A DNA stretch of 64,000 nucleotides, taken from assembly GCA_013265495.1 (NCBI GenBank), contig MU058065.1, positions 9,589,720 to 9,653,719 of the forward strand, given 5' to 3'. The position numbers and the translations under genes are program-made. Shown piece by piece: positions 1 through 11,580 of this stretch. This stretch comes from Vicugna vicugna. Lineage: Eukaryota. The notes under the pieces are model-generated. The model was not told the DNA's origin and searched no databases. It saw only the letters and a list, made by a program, of their open reading frames with translations. Numbering within the stretch: position 1 is the stretch's first letter; each line of letters begins with the position of its first letter.

Positions 1-341
1 CTGGGGCTTGTCCTCTCTTGATGTGCCTGGAACCCTGAGAGAGACCCAAGAACGCAGGATGAGGGCTGGCTGCCTCACTGGAGCGTGAGAGGCCGCTCAG
101 GCACCTTGGGTGGCAGCTGACCGACCTCTCTAGAAGTGAACGAGCCTACTTGGACTATCCAGTTCCAACTGACTTGACAGCTGACTTCAGTCACATGAAT
201 GCGAACAGTAGAAGGAAGGACAGGGCTGAGCCCTGCGCAAACTGCTGACCGTCAGAATCTTGAGCTGATAAGTGACGTTGTTGCTTTATGCCACTGAGTT
301 TTGAGGTAATGTGCTATAGATAGCAAAAGCTAACGGACGCA
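1..341 (+). mobile_element. MaLR LTR (MLT1-type), 3' part
   Basis: Ends in GTTGTTGCTTTATGCCACTGAGTTTTGAGGTAATGTGCTATAG...CTAAC, resembling the MLT1 3' terminus; cut by the window start. Confidence 0.7.
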
Positions 342-775
342 GTACTGAAGATACACTGGCCAAAAGATGAAGGCATGTTTACGGAAGCACTGCCTATAGC
401 AGCAAAAGACTGGAGGCAATTCAGAGGTCCACCAATTTGGGAATGGCTGAATATAACACAGGGCATTCCCTCGGTGGAATACAAAGCAAATGCAATAGAA
501 ATTTCTGTACACACTTTTATGAAGTGATTTTTAGGATATATTAAGTGGAAAAAAGCAAAGCACAGAATCAGACGTACAGTGTGCTACTTTTAAAGAAGGG
601 GAGATATGAGTATTTTTGCTTTTATTTTTAAAAATGGAAGAATTGATAAATTAATGAAAAATAATCTCTTAAAGGAAAAAGAGAGAGGCACGGATGGAAG
701 CTAGACTTCACTAAATGTTCCTTATTTTGTAGACATAACTTTAGAATCATGGCAATGTTTTACATATAGATGTGT

Positions 776-800
776 ACACACACACACACACACACACACA
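776..800. repeat. (CA)n microsatellite
   Basis: About 12 uninterrupted CA units. Confidence 0.95.
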
Positions 801-809
801 TAAAATCAT

Positions 810-1163
810 GAGAAGACACCAGCTGAGCACCTGTGAGACTCACTGGAAGCCTGGCTGAGATGCCAGCGGAGCTCACCGAGAAGCCATCCATTTGGGTGCT
901 GATGAAACTCGCTGGGAAGTGAGCGCCCCTGTGCAGCTCATAAGCTGTGGCCGCTTTCAACTACAAGAACAAGCAGGGGAGAGTACGGTGGAACCTGTGA
1001 GAAATGCCCCTTCCTCTTCCAGTGTCCCTCTGGTAACGACAAAGCTCAACATCTTGCCAGTTGGCGAGAGAGAAGCGTTTATAGGGTCCAGCTCCAGTAT
1101 CACACAGCGGAACAAAGAAGGGTGAATTTGGAGCTGAAGAGTATTAAAGTGCTAACTGGCACA
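810..1163 (-). mobile_element. ERVL-class solo LTR (LTR41-like)
   Basis: Minus strand begins TGTGCCAGTTAGCACTTTAATACTCTTCAGCTCCAAATTCACCCTTCTTTG, like old ERVL LTR 5' ends; the subfamily is tentative. Confidence 0.55.
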
Positions 1164-1784
1164 CATACTGAGATGTTTGTAGATGAAATAAGAGGACATC
1201 TGCAATTTGCTTCAAAATAATCCTGTGGGTGGGGGTAGGGATGGAACAGAATTATTCCCATGTTAGTAACTGTTGAAGATGGGACTGGTATGTAAGGGTT
1301 CATTAAACTCTTCTCTTCTCTCTTCTCTTCTTGTTACATGTATTCTTCTCATATATAGGATATGTGCATTTATATGTTTATCTCATATATATATGAGAAA
1401 ACACATGTCTATACAAAGACAAATATAGGAGACATTTGTTTTCTTATACGTCTCATATGTATCTCATGTATGAGATAAGCATGTAAATGCACATGCATGT
1501 ATATATGTATATATAAAATTCCCTCCTCATTTTCATTATAAAAGATGTTTTAAAATGTGAATTGACTCATTATCTGCTCCTAGAAAGCCCATACTGTATG
1601 TTATAACCTAGCAATCCAGGACTGCTCAGAATCTGGGTGGAGCCGGGCATCGGCCTTGTGCGATCCGGGGATGGCCTGACTGAACTGTCACTCTGGCTGG
1701 TGATGGGAGAGAAAGGGAGTTCCCTCCTATTGGGAAGTTTGGGGTGGGGCCAGGAGGCCAATACCAGTAGGAATATGTTTCTGA

Positions 1785-1885
1785 CATTGAAAGTAATTGC
1801 CTTAAGTGAGTTAGTGTGTGTCAAGCACTTAAAACAGTGCCTAGAATGTTCTAAGCTCTATGTGAGTGTTTGTTGTTGTTAGTAT
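1785..1885 (+). mobile_element. MIR SINE 3' tail
   Basis: AAGCACTTAAAACAGTGCCTAGAATG...GTTTGTTGTTGTTAG, a MIR tail pattern. Confidence 0.6.
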
Positions 1886-4800
1886 TTCATGTTCATGATT
1901 TCCCCAACCTGCAATACGCCCTCTGCTGATGAGGCCCCCACTTCCTTCCTGAGGTAGTATCATCAAGACTTCCTATAACCCAGGAATTCAGACCTTGAAC
2001 CCTTGCAGGAGAGCTGACCAGCATCTAATAGTGCCCTGTTTTCCTGTTTCTTGCCTTCCTAGGGGAGAAGCAGCAGTAACGGAGGTCTTAGCGAGGGCAA
2101 CAAAGTAAAGCCTCTGCCAGCAGTGCTGGGGGGGTGGGGGCGGGCAGGCAGAAAGGCAGCCACGCGAAAGCAAACGTGCTGGTCATAGTGAGGGCAGCAG
2201 AGCCTGCAGCGCACAGCAGGGCCTGGATAGGGCAGGTGCTGATGCAGCCCTGGGGTTCAGTGCACTACGGGCACCACGTAGTTGCCTGCAGGGGTGCAGG
2301 GAAGTAGGTGAGACATCTGGCCATATGGGGAGGGGAGGGTGCCAAGGAGTTCACCAGCTAGTGGGAGGAAGCTGATTAAACCTTGACTGGAGATTTTGGA
2401 GGGAGGTATTTCAGTCACTGTCCCCTCGGTGGTGGCAGTGTGTGTATGTGTGTAAGTGCGTGTGACACAAGCATGCGTATGTGCATGTATATATGGGCAT
2501 GCAGAAGTGGCAACAGGAGACTCAATTCCCCCAGTAAAAAGGAATCAAACTTCATATTCAGATTAAATAAATGAATAAGTGAACATTGCTGGATAATCAA
2601 CCTGATATATATTTTCTTCTAGAGTAGAGCTGCATTTCTTACACATACAAATTTAATTTATGGGAATTCAACTAAAAGTGCTTGGCTTAGCAAGCTAACA
2701 GCCTACACAACCAGAAAAACAAGATAAAAGTTGGAGAAAGACAAAAATATTCATTCTAATAGTGCATCTACCGTGACACCAACAACTGGTGCTCCCCTGG
2801 GTTGTCGCAGCTCCGGTGCTTCTCACAGTGGAGCGTCTTGCTGCTCTGTGAGAGTCTAGCCCTTAAAGACCTGATTTTCTTTTTTGCTATGTTTTTTTTT
2901 TTAAATAGAATATACACTTTAAATGCCAACCAGCTACTTCATTCAGAACTCAATGAAGAATACCAATGTCTCACTCTTCTTTCTTATGAAATTAAACATT
3001 TTTGGAAATTATGTTTTTCATGTCTCATATTAAGTGAAATCATTTGAAAGTGATCTATATTACTAAGTAGAGCTGTATATACACAAAATTATGCCTTCCA
3101 AATTACTTTAAGGGAATAAAACATTTAGCTGCTACATGGTTTTAGTTTACATGCTGCCTTTAGACCCTAACCCTGCATAAAACATGGCTTCTCTGTATGA
3201 TTTCTGTTACATATATTGAATCAAAACAAATGTCTCATTTGTATGTGTTAATCAGCATTACACAGAGGATGTGTCAAAATTCAGTGTTTATCCTTTTGTT
3301 TCATACAAAATAATAATAGCTCCATAAGAGCCAGGGTGGAGTTGAACATTAAAAAATGAAGGCAAAGTTTAAATGTGTCATCTAGAGAAAGAAGGGCCAA
3401 GGGATGCTGGAAAACAAACCTTTTTCATATCTCAAAGGGACTGGGTAGTAACAGGTAGAAGAGTGACAGAGCTGACACAAGGACATGAACTTGGCTATAT
3501 AAATTGCAAAACCCAAGTCTGGTTTACCTGGTCTTATGTGACAGTGTGAATATTATAAATTGCTTATCATATCTGAGCCATCGATGCCCACCCCCACCTC
3601 TATGGTTTAGACACACTAGTATGATGGTGAGAAGCACTCGTTGATCCAAAGCCATCTTGTGGCCACTGCTCTGTGGGACTGAAAGGGCCCTTGATTCTGC
3701 CTTATACCTTCCCTGTCCTTTTTCTGGACTCTTCCTTGGAATTATCAATACTTCTGGGGTTTCAGCTTGCCTGGAGTTCTTGTCGATTGGAGGCGGAAGA
3801 GCGTCCTGGGAAGAGGGAAGCCGAGCTGGCCCGCTGCTGGGGCTCAGCCTCTCCAGCTTCCCTGCTAGCTGTCAGACTGCATGATGCTTGTGTTGAGGGG
3901 AGAGAAAGGGGGTGGGACAGGGTGAGAAACTTCCTGGGAGGAAAGGATCTGAGCATGTGGAACGTGACCCAGAACAAAGTCATCAGGGCTAAGGGAGGAA
4001 GTTCTGAATACAATGCAGCGACTGTTCTCAGAATATGTCCTTGGTCCTGCAGTGCTGGCCAGATCCTGGGGAAGGAGAGAGCTGAGGAGATAAGGGGAAA
4101 GTGCTGATGCACTAAACTGCTAACACGTCAGGGCACCAGACATTGCTGAGATTCCTCTGGCGTAGGGTCAGACACCACTCAGGCCAAAGGACAAACGAGA
4201 TGTTCTTCTACCTGCACCTCAGGACTTACCTGAGGATTCGGGGGTTGCCAACTGGCAGAGTGTTTGCTGCTGGGCTGTGGGGGAGCAGGTGCACACACAG
4301 AGAAGTGGTGGCTCCTGGGTTGTGGCCAGGGGCAGGGGGTCCTAGAGCCCTTTGGTAGGGGAACACTTCCCACGGACCTGGAGTGCCTGCATCAATCCTC
4401 CAGTGTTGGTTAAACTCAATATTAACCCTTCTGGTTTTAAGTCTTTCTAGGACTTCAAATTATCTCCTTACATATAGCATGGAATTATATGGCTTTACAG
4501 GGAGTAGTTTCAAATGTATTAATGTGAAATAAATTTATTATGCTCTAAAACTTTAACTTGTCTTATCTGTGAATGAATCAAGCCTCTTGTTATGGGGTAT
4601 ACATTTTTGGCTTTCCTGTTGTTTATTCTTTAGACTTTAGAATGTCAATAATGCAACTACTTTTTTAAAGTAAGAAAATATTTTAGAAGAGTTCCCAGTA
4701 CTTTTCAAGAATGGTTGGGGAAGAAAACTAGTTTTCTCAGTTTGTTTTATGTGATTTCCACACAAACCTCCTAAAGCAAAATCAATACGCAATAAAATCC

Positions 4801-6609
4801 TGGAGCTGGTGCTGTCAGTTTCTCACTCATAAGTATATTAGATCGAATCCCCTGTCCCACTCAGGTACTCTCCCTACATTTTGTATCCAGGTACACTTTG
4901 AGAAAACCAATGCAAAAATGTCTTGTTAAGTGATAATTTCTATTTTGCACTCATCTTCCCTCTTGCACTTCCCCCCTCTGCTTCTAGCAGATGTTATGCA
5001 AAGCTGCATGGTAGGGTTTTTTTGTTTTTTTTTTTTAACTTTACAGGAAGGAAGGAGAGAAATTCAATTTATAAGAATAATTGGCTGTTTTTCCCGATCA
5101 TAGGGGAGGGAGAGAAAAAGACGTTAGCAAGCAGAGCTGTATCCTCTGCTGTTGAATTCTTACCTGCCTCCTCCCTCTTTCGGATTGGTGTCAGGGCTCA
5201 CTGCAGTTCCAGAGGAGGCTGGCATGACCATCAGCAAGGCTACTTACAGGCCTGGGTCTTCTTCACACCAATTGGGCTTGCAGCCAGTTCTGAATCCTGC
5301 CACGCAAACACTGCCTGTGAATAAACGGCAGGTCAGTCCACTGGCTTCTCTTTTCCTTTCTTCTACAATCACACACAGAGCCTTGCTTCAAGCTTCTAGG
5401 AATTAATAGAGGAAGAGACAAACATTAGACTACCGAGATTCTAATTAACTTTGATGTGGATTTATGTGTAAAGTTGGATGAGTCACTGATTTTTAATAAA
5501 GGGGAGAGAAAAATCTTAAAGATTAATGTAATAGCTGAGAACACAGGAGCGAGAACTTTGATGCTTGCTTAATTCTTTTTCCCAGCCCACGTCATTTAGA
5601 GAAAAAAAAATCAAAGTCCTTTACAAAGTGGGGAAAGGAAAGGGGATTATGCAAATTCAAAGTTCACAGGACTAAATAATTACTCTTGTGCAAATGAGCT
5701 TCTCCTTCATGTGCTTTTCAGGAGTGTTTTAGGGCTATATTTGCTGAGGATACATTCCTGAGGATAATGAGAAATGGAGGCACGATTAAAAAAAGAGACT
5801 GATTATGAACTAATTGCTCTTTCTGTACGTTACAGAGTTGTATGTATTGAGTTTTCCCCCTCCTCCCATCCAGTCCAGGCAGCATGTCAGAAGCCTGGAC
5901 CAGTATGGCTACCTTTCCAGCTGTCCTTACAGTGGTCTAAGCGCTTCATTCGCTTCAGGACCATTGCTGTCCTGCCCCCTTTTTTGCCCTGATTTGAGGA
6001 CTAGGGCAGAGCAAAGGTTTCTGATGGCCAACAGAAGCTTCTCACTCTTGGGTGCACTGGTTAAAACCAGCAGCTCTGTGGGCTCCCAGGCTGCTCACTT
6101 TCCCATCTGATGGAATGTTCCAGTGTTGAGTGTGATCAGGTTAAATAATTTAGCCTTAAGCTCCCTTTGGCCTGATAGCAGACAGCTGCAATATATAAAG
6201 ATGTATTTTGAGTGGTTGTATAGATTAAGTATTCAACTTTTTCCTAAATGGTAAACTGGCAGGGTGATAGATAGGAAACAATGCACAAGGCCTTACTGTG
6301 TCTGATTAACCTTGACTGTGGATGGTTCTGTAGCTTACACAGCTGGTTTGAACAAAATTGTAATTTCGCAGCCTTACCAAAAAAGTCATTAATCTTTCAT
6401 TATTTTATAAAGTAGGAATTTAGTATATATTTACTGATAATGAAGGGACATGTAGGGTGACATAATTTATTGATACCTTATTTCACACTTGATTTCTGTG
6501 GACAAATATTTATAAATAACCTCCTGGGATATATATCTTTTCTCACCTGTCATATTTTTTCTTAGAATAAATTTATGAGACTGTATGCGATTTCTGAGGG
6601 AAGTAACTA

Positions 6610-6822
6610 ATAGTGGTGAAGACTGTGAAGGCTGACTTCAGGCTTTACCTCTTATGAGCTGTGCATCTTTATTTAAGTCACTTAACAGCTCAATATCTTC
6701 AGCTCAAAAATAGAAATGATACCACTTCATCCTCGAGCTCTGTATTAAATGAAATAACATCTGTAATGTACATAGGCCAGTGTTGGGCATGTAGGAAAAC
6801 ACTTATTAGCATAGCAATTATT
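6610..6822 (+). mobile_element. MIR SINE
   Basis: Core-like AAGTCACTTAAC...ATTAAATGAAATAACATCTGTAA...GGCATGTAGGAAAACACTTATTAG. Confidence 0.6.
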
Positions 6823-6967
6823 CCTAGAAATAGAGTTGCTGGGTTAAGGGTAGGATGTTAAAAATATTAATACAAATTGCTAAAGTTAATCTTAAAATTT
6901 TGATTATAAAGTTGTGGGACTCATTATTGAATATATGATAGTAAGAGGTAATAGGCATGCCCGTGAA

Positions 6968-7506
6968 TGTAAGAATCTGCTCCTAGTATTCACCTGTTTG
7001 TTTTTTATCTCTTCTCTCTTCTGATAACAGCACCTTGATTTTCCTTGGCAAAACCATATTTCCTCCATTCTTAATCTTAGTTCACTGGTGCTGACCCCAT
7101 CCTGTGGCTTCAGCAGGGAGCAGGAGTATATGAGACAATTCTCGGTAATCAAGACAACATAACCTGCCACAGTGATTGGTTCAGTAATGGGCATATGATC
7201 GAACTGGGTCATCGAGTCCAGGATGCATATTGATATTATTGGGAAAGTGACACCATCTTTTTGCTGGGGTTGCTAAGACTTGAGTTGCTGGTGACTATCT
7301 TTGCTCCTATCTAGAAAGAATCTACTGGGGAATGAAGCATGAAGAAATGCAAAGTTGAAATATGGAGATGTTTCCTGGTGACCGTGTTTGAACTCTTGGA
7401 TGTAACTATGTCATGTTTTGAGTTACATGAGTCAAAATATTCCCTTTATTGCTCAAATCACTTTGTGTTGGGTTCTTATTGAAAGGTGACCATACCTGAT
7501 AAATCA
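6968..7506 (+). mobile_element. MaLR/ERVL LTR (MLT1J/K-like)
   Basis: TGT start, GCCACAGTGATTGGTTCAGTAATGGGCATATGA motif, and TTACATGAGTCAAAATATTCCCTTTATTGCTCAAATC 3' motif. Confidence 0.65.
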
Positions 7507-8536
7507 CATTATGTCCTTCAAGGTCACATCCTGCATATGAAATAAGCAGTTTCTATCATATTAAATGTCAGAGACATTTATGTTCTGGGATATTTCTGAA
7601 TGCGGGTAGGTCACAAGTCAATACGAGTTATGCGATGCGTGTCTGAAGCTGTCATTGGATTAAGACTCACATTGGACAGCTTTAGGTTTCCTTCAAAAGC
7701 ATTACTGCAACAATGGATATCTGTTGATTACCTGGTAACTAGCTGTGTTTCTATGAAAGTATGTATGAGTGAAGGTAAATACAGGGAATTTTTAAAAAGC
7801 TGAATGAATTGTTAAAATGAAAATCTGCAGACTGTATCTGTTGGTGTTAATTCCTAAGACTTCTTCCCTGTAAGTTTGCATTACAAAACATAAGCATTGT
7901 TTGTGTTTGACTTTTTCATTTGTCCACACTGAGACTACAAAGGCTAAAATAGAGGGTCACAGAAAACGAAGCCAAGCAGAATGTAAAGACCAAATTTAAG
8001 AGGGCTTTGAGCACTGGTCTAAGGCATTTGCACTTCATTCCTTGTGTAATGAGGCGTCCTTAAATATTTTGAGAAAGTTTCTAGAAGGTTAATAGGGCAA
8101 TAATAGAGAAGAGACAAGAGGCAGCATTACCGGCCTATCATAGTAATTCAGGTTGACATTTAAAAAAGGGGGTGGGGGCTTTGGGAGTGGAAAGAAAACA
8201 ATGGATGGGGGAGACATTGAGAATGAGGAATCAACAAGACTTGGCCACCACAAGAATAAGGGGCAACAGAGAGAAAGAGTCAAAGATGAGCTTTTGTCAT
8301 TAAGGTTTTTTAAAAAGCCAAGTTATTTAGGGGAACTGGTTTGGCTTGGTGGAGAAGCAGTGGGGAAGATAATGCATTTGGTTTTATATTTATTTGAACT
8401 TTTTTCTATTTGGATTTCAGTTCTCTTAGAAGTTGAATGTAGTATTGAGAGTGGAAGGTAACCATTAGGCAGCCCTGGAAGTTGAAAACTGCTCTCCTAG
8501 AGCTATATTTGAAGAGAAGTATAAAAAGTAACTTTA

Positions 8537-9224
8537 TGTTTAAGTCTTTGATCCATTTTGAGTTGATTTTTGTATATGGTATAAGGGAGTGTTCTAGCTT
8601 CATTGTTTTACATGCTGCTGTCCAGTTTTCCCAACACCGTTTGCTGAAGAGACTGTCTTTATTCCATTGTATATTCTTGCCTCCTTTGTCGAAGATTAGT
8701 TGCCCAAAAGTTTGTGGGTTCATTTCTGGGCTCTCTATTCAGAAGATGTGATATATTTATACAATGAAATACTACTCAGCCATAAAAACTGACAACATAA
8801 TGCCATTTGCAGCAACGTGGATGCTCCTGGAGAATGTCATTCTAAGTGAAGTAAGCCAGAAAGAGACAGAAAAATACCATATGAGATCGCTCATATGTGG
8901 AATCTAAAAAACAACAACAACAACAACAACAACAAACAAGGCATAAATACAAAACAGAAATAGACTCATAGACATCGAATACAAACTTGTGGTTACCAAG
9001 GGGGTGGGGGGTAGGAAGGGATAGACGGGATTTCAAAATTGTAGAATAGATAAACAAGATTACACTGTATAGCACAGGGAAATACACACAAAATCTTATG
9101 GTAGCTCATAGAGAAAAAAATGTGACAATGAATATATATATGTTCATGTATAACTGAAAAATTGTGCTGAACACTGGAATTTGACACATTGTAAAATGAT
9201 TATAAATCAATAAAAAATGTTTAA
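8537..9224. mobile_element. Young 5'-truncated, 5'-inverted L1 with 14-bp TSD
   Basis: TSD AAAAAGTAACTTTA at 8523-8536 and 9225-9238. Minus segment 8537-8740 encodes L1 ORF2 ([28 protein letters not shown]...[11 protein letters not shown]). Plus segment 8741-9224 is the ORF2 end, 3'UTR and AATAAA/A-tail. Confidence 0.92.
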
Positions 9225-10009
9225 AAAAAGTAACTTTAAGAGCATTAATCTTTATCCATAGCTTGTGATCATATTAACTGATCTAAAAAAAGAATGGCTC
9301 ATTAGAAAGGGGGTTGTTTGGTAATGAAGTACACAAAATGGTGAGTCATGGAGACAGTTTGGCAGTGCCCCCAAAACACTGTTTGGAGTGGTCTGAGGCC
9401 TTGGGCAGTCTGGTGTGATTGGCAGCTGTGACCCAGCATGCTGATGGATGGATGTACCAGGCTATTTTAGCCTTATGGCACTTCCTAGTTTGTTCTAATT
9501 TTATACTGACCAAATCAACCTTCTAAATATAATTTGGCTCCTCATATGGTTCTATGCTGGAAGAAAAATTCCTTTTGAGTAGCAGTTCTTTTTCATTGTC
9601 TGTTATTAAATTGGTATTCTGGGTAAGAAGCACACATGTCAATTATGACTGTCCACAGTGTTCAGTCATCATCTCCATGATGTGTCCCACCCTGAGACAC
9701 AGGCAAAACTGGCTTTCCCTGTGTACGGCTGAGGCCCAGTCTGCCTGGTGGTGAGCTACCGGGTCAAGGCCTCACAATAGGTAGGTAGCTGACTTGCCCC
9801 CTGGTATGTTTTGACTTTTCTATGATCTCTTCTCCTCAAGTGTATACACTCCGTGATTCAGAACACACCAGGCAACAGAGAATCAGCAACAAGGACTTGA
9901 ATCTGATAGAAGATCTGTCACAGGCTATGATAATTAACAGCTGGGGCATTTTTCCACTTGGGGAATTTTAAGGCACCACCCAAATCCTATTTACTTTGTT
10001 CAGTTTTTT

Positions 10010-10053
10010 TGCATGTGTGTGCGTGCGTGTGTGTGCGCGCGCGCACGCGTGTG
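10010..10053. repeat. Alternating purine-pyrimidine (TG/CG) tract
   Basis: TGCATGTGTGTGCGTGCGTGTGTGTGCGCGCGCGCACGCGTGTG, 44 bp with unbroken alternation. Confidence 0.9.
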
Positions 10054-10606
10054 ATCATAAATGTTACTCTTAGTTATTATAGAAAAGAAATAATGAGGAA
10101 ACAAAGGTGAATAAAAGCAAGTTAATGCCCCTACCCAGAGGCAGCCACAGTTCGGTATATTTCCACCTAGGCAATTTCTTTTTACTGTTAATTTATACAC
10201 AATTTAAAAAGCTTCATTACATGGTTCCTAATTCCACTGTATATTAGAAGTAGTAATTTAAATAAAGGGAAGAGAAAGAAAAGTCATAAAAAGTAGATAC
10301 AATTTGTTGAAGTGCATAGTGTTCGGGATCATTTAATGGGCCACAGTCATGCACAGTTCAGTAACTCCTGGGTTCAGTCCCTGTATTGTAATTGATACAA
10401 TAATAAATTTATAGCAGGATAATTTTAAATCATCATTAAATGGTTAACTTATGTTTATATACTTCTGTTAAAAGTAGATATAAAGAGTACACTTGAACTA
10501 TGTTATTCAAACCAGTTAATATACATCAGGGGTGATGAACCCTTAGCTCTCTGGAAACTTGATTATACAGAATTCTTCTTTTTCAATGGGTTCCAAATAG
10601 ACAAGC

Positions 10607-11580
10607 TGTAGCTGAAACGATTGGTTGCCTCTCTTGTGTCCATTCTACCCTTCTCCTATCATGTAGCAGCTGTGCTCTTGGTGGGACTCACACATCTCTT
10701 GCTCCAGAGAAAGGCTCTGCTTGGCCTAAGCTAATCATTGCTTGCCCCAGCAACTGATTCAGGAATGACCCTGGAACTGTGACCTAAACCAATGGCTCAA
10801 AGCATTTCTCGGGCCAGAGTGACCATTCAGAGGTAGATGCTGACCCCAATTCATCAGTCAGAATAAAGCCATTAGCTTCTGTTCAGTGGCCGTGGAAGAG
10901 AGACTCTCCTTTCCTGTAATCCGAGATGTACATTTGAGCCCTGGAATTGCTGTAATCATTTGTTACTGCAAGAAAGCCCACCTGAGAATTTTTTTTTAAG
11001 CAGCATAAGAGATGATTTATTGTATGTATGTTACACTCAACCACAACTGAGAACACGACTAGTCCAGAATGTCACTGGACGGAGAGTCTGTTTTGGTATG
11101 ATCGTGGTGGGCCTCACAGAGGTGGCTGTGGCAACTGGATGGCTACAGAAGTTCTAGAGCCACTGAAATAAATTCCAGACAGTAGCATGCAGTCTGAAAA
11201 CTTGTATCAGCATCCCCAGCCTCCAGCCTTCCATATTTCTGCTACTGTGGCTTCTATGGGTATATAAGACAGTGGCTTACTTGGACCTCTGACTCAACTT
11301 TATTTTCTTTTGGTCTTTGGCCTGCACATTTGCTTCTTTCTCTCCTTGGCTCAATGATGCAGAGATTTCTAAGAAAAAAGTGCTAAGATCAATAGCCTTC
11401 CTGAGTACTAATGCAACCCACGGAAGAGGGCAGAGCTGAGACAAAGAGAGAAAAGCCAGAATCCTGAAATTCACTCTTCACGTGGGCTTGAGTAAATGAT
11501 TTTCATTTATATTTAGGCTATTTTGATTTGAACATCCTGTTGCTTGCAATTGAAAGTACACATGTTTTTACTGTGCTTTC
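10607..11580 (+). mobile_element. MaLR LTR (MLT1K/L-like) interrupted by a retrocopy
   Basis: MLT1 motifs (ACTGATTCAGGAATGACC, AAAGCCCACCTGAGAA) resume after 11394 (GGAAGAGGGCAGAGCTGAGAC...TCCTGTTGCTTGCAATTGAAAG). Confidence 0.6.
10989..11393 (-). pseudogene. Processed-mRNA (retrocopy) 3' fragment, parent gene not identified
   Basis: Minus-strand A9 tail (10989-10997) with AATAAA (11016-11021) 18 nt upstream; degenerate flanking direct repeat AGCCCACCTGAGAA (10975-10988) / AGCCTTCCTGAGTA (11394-11407); it interrupts the MLT1 and does not resemble a repeat I know. Confidence 0.65.

Larger units (their letters stand above)
350..1310 (+). mobile_element. Old L1 3' end (L1M-type), split by a (CA)n tract and an LTR
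   Basis: ORF2-end-like text at ~375-500 (ATAGCAGCAAAAGACTGG...GGGAATGGCTGAAT) and 3'UTR-like text at ~1165-1305 (ATTTGCTTCAAAATAATC...TGTAAGGGTTCATTA). Confidence 0.6.

Noticed and set aside
3524..4373. Cluster of overlapping ORFs up to 144 aa
   Set aside because: Present on both strands, mostly non-ATG starts, no domain or splice support.
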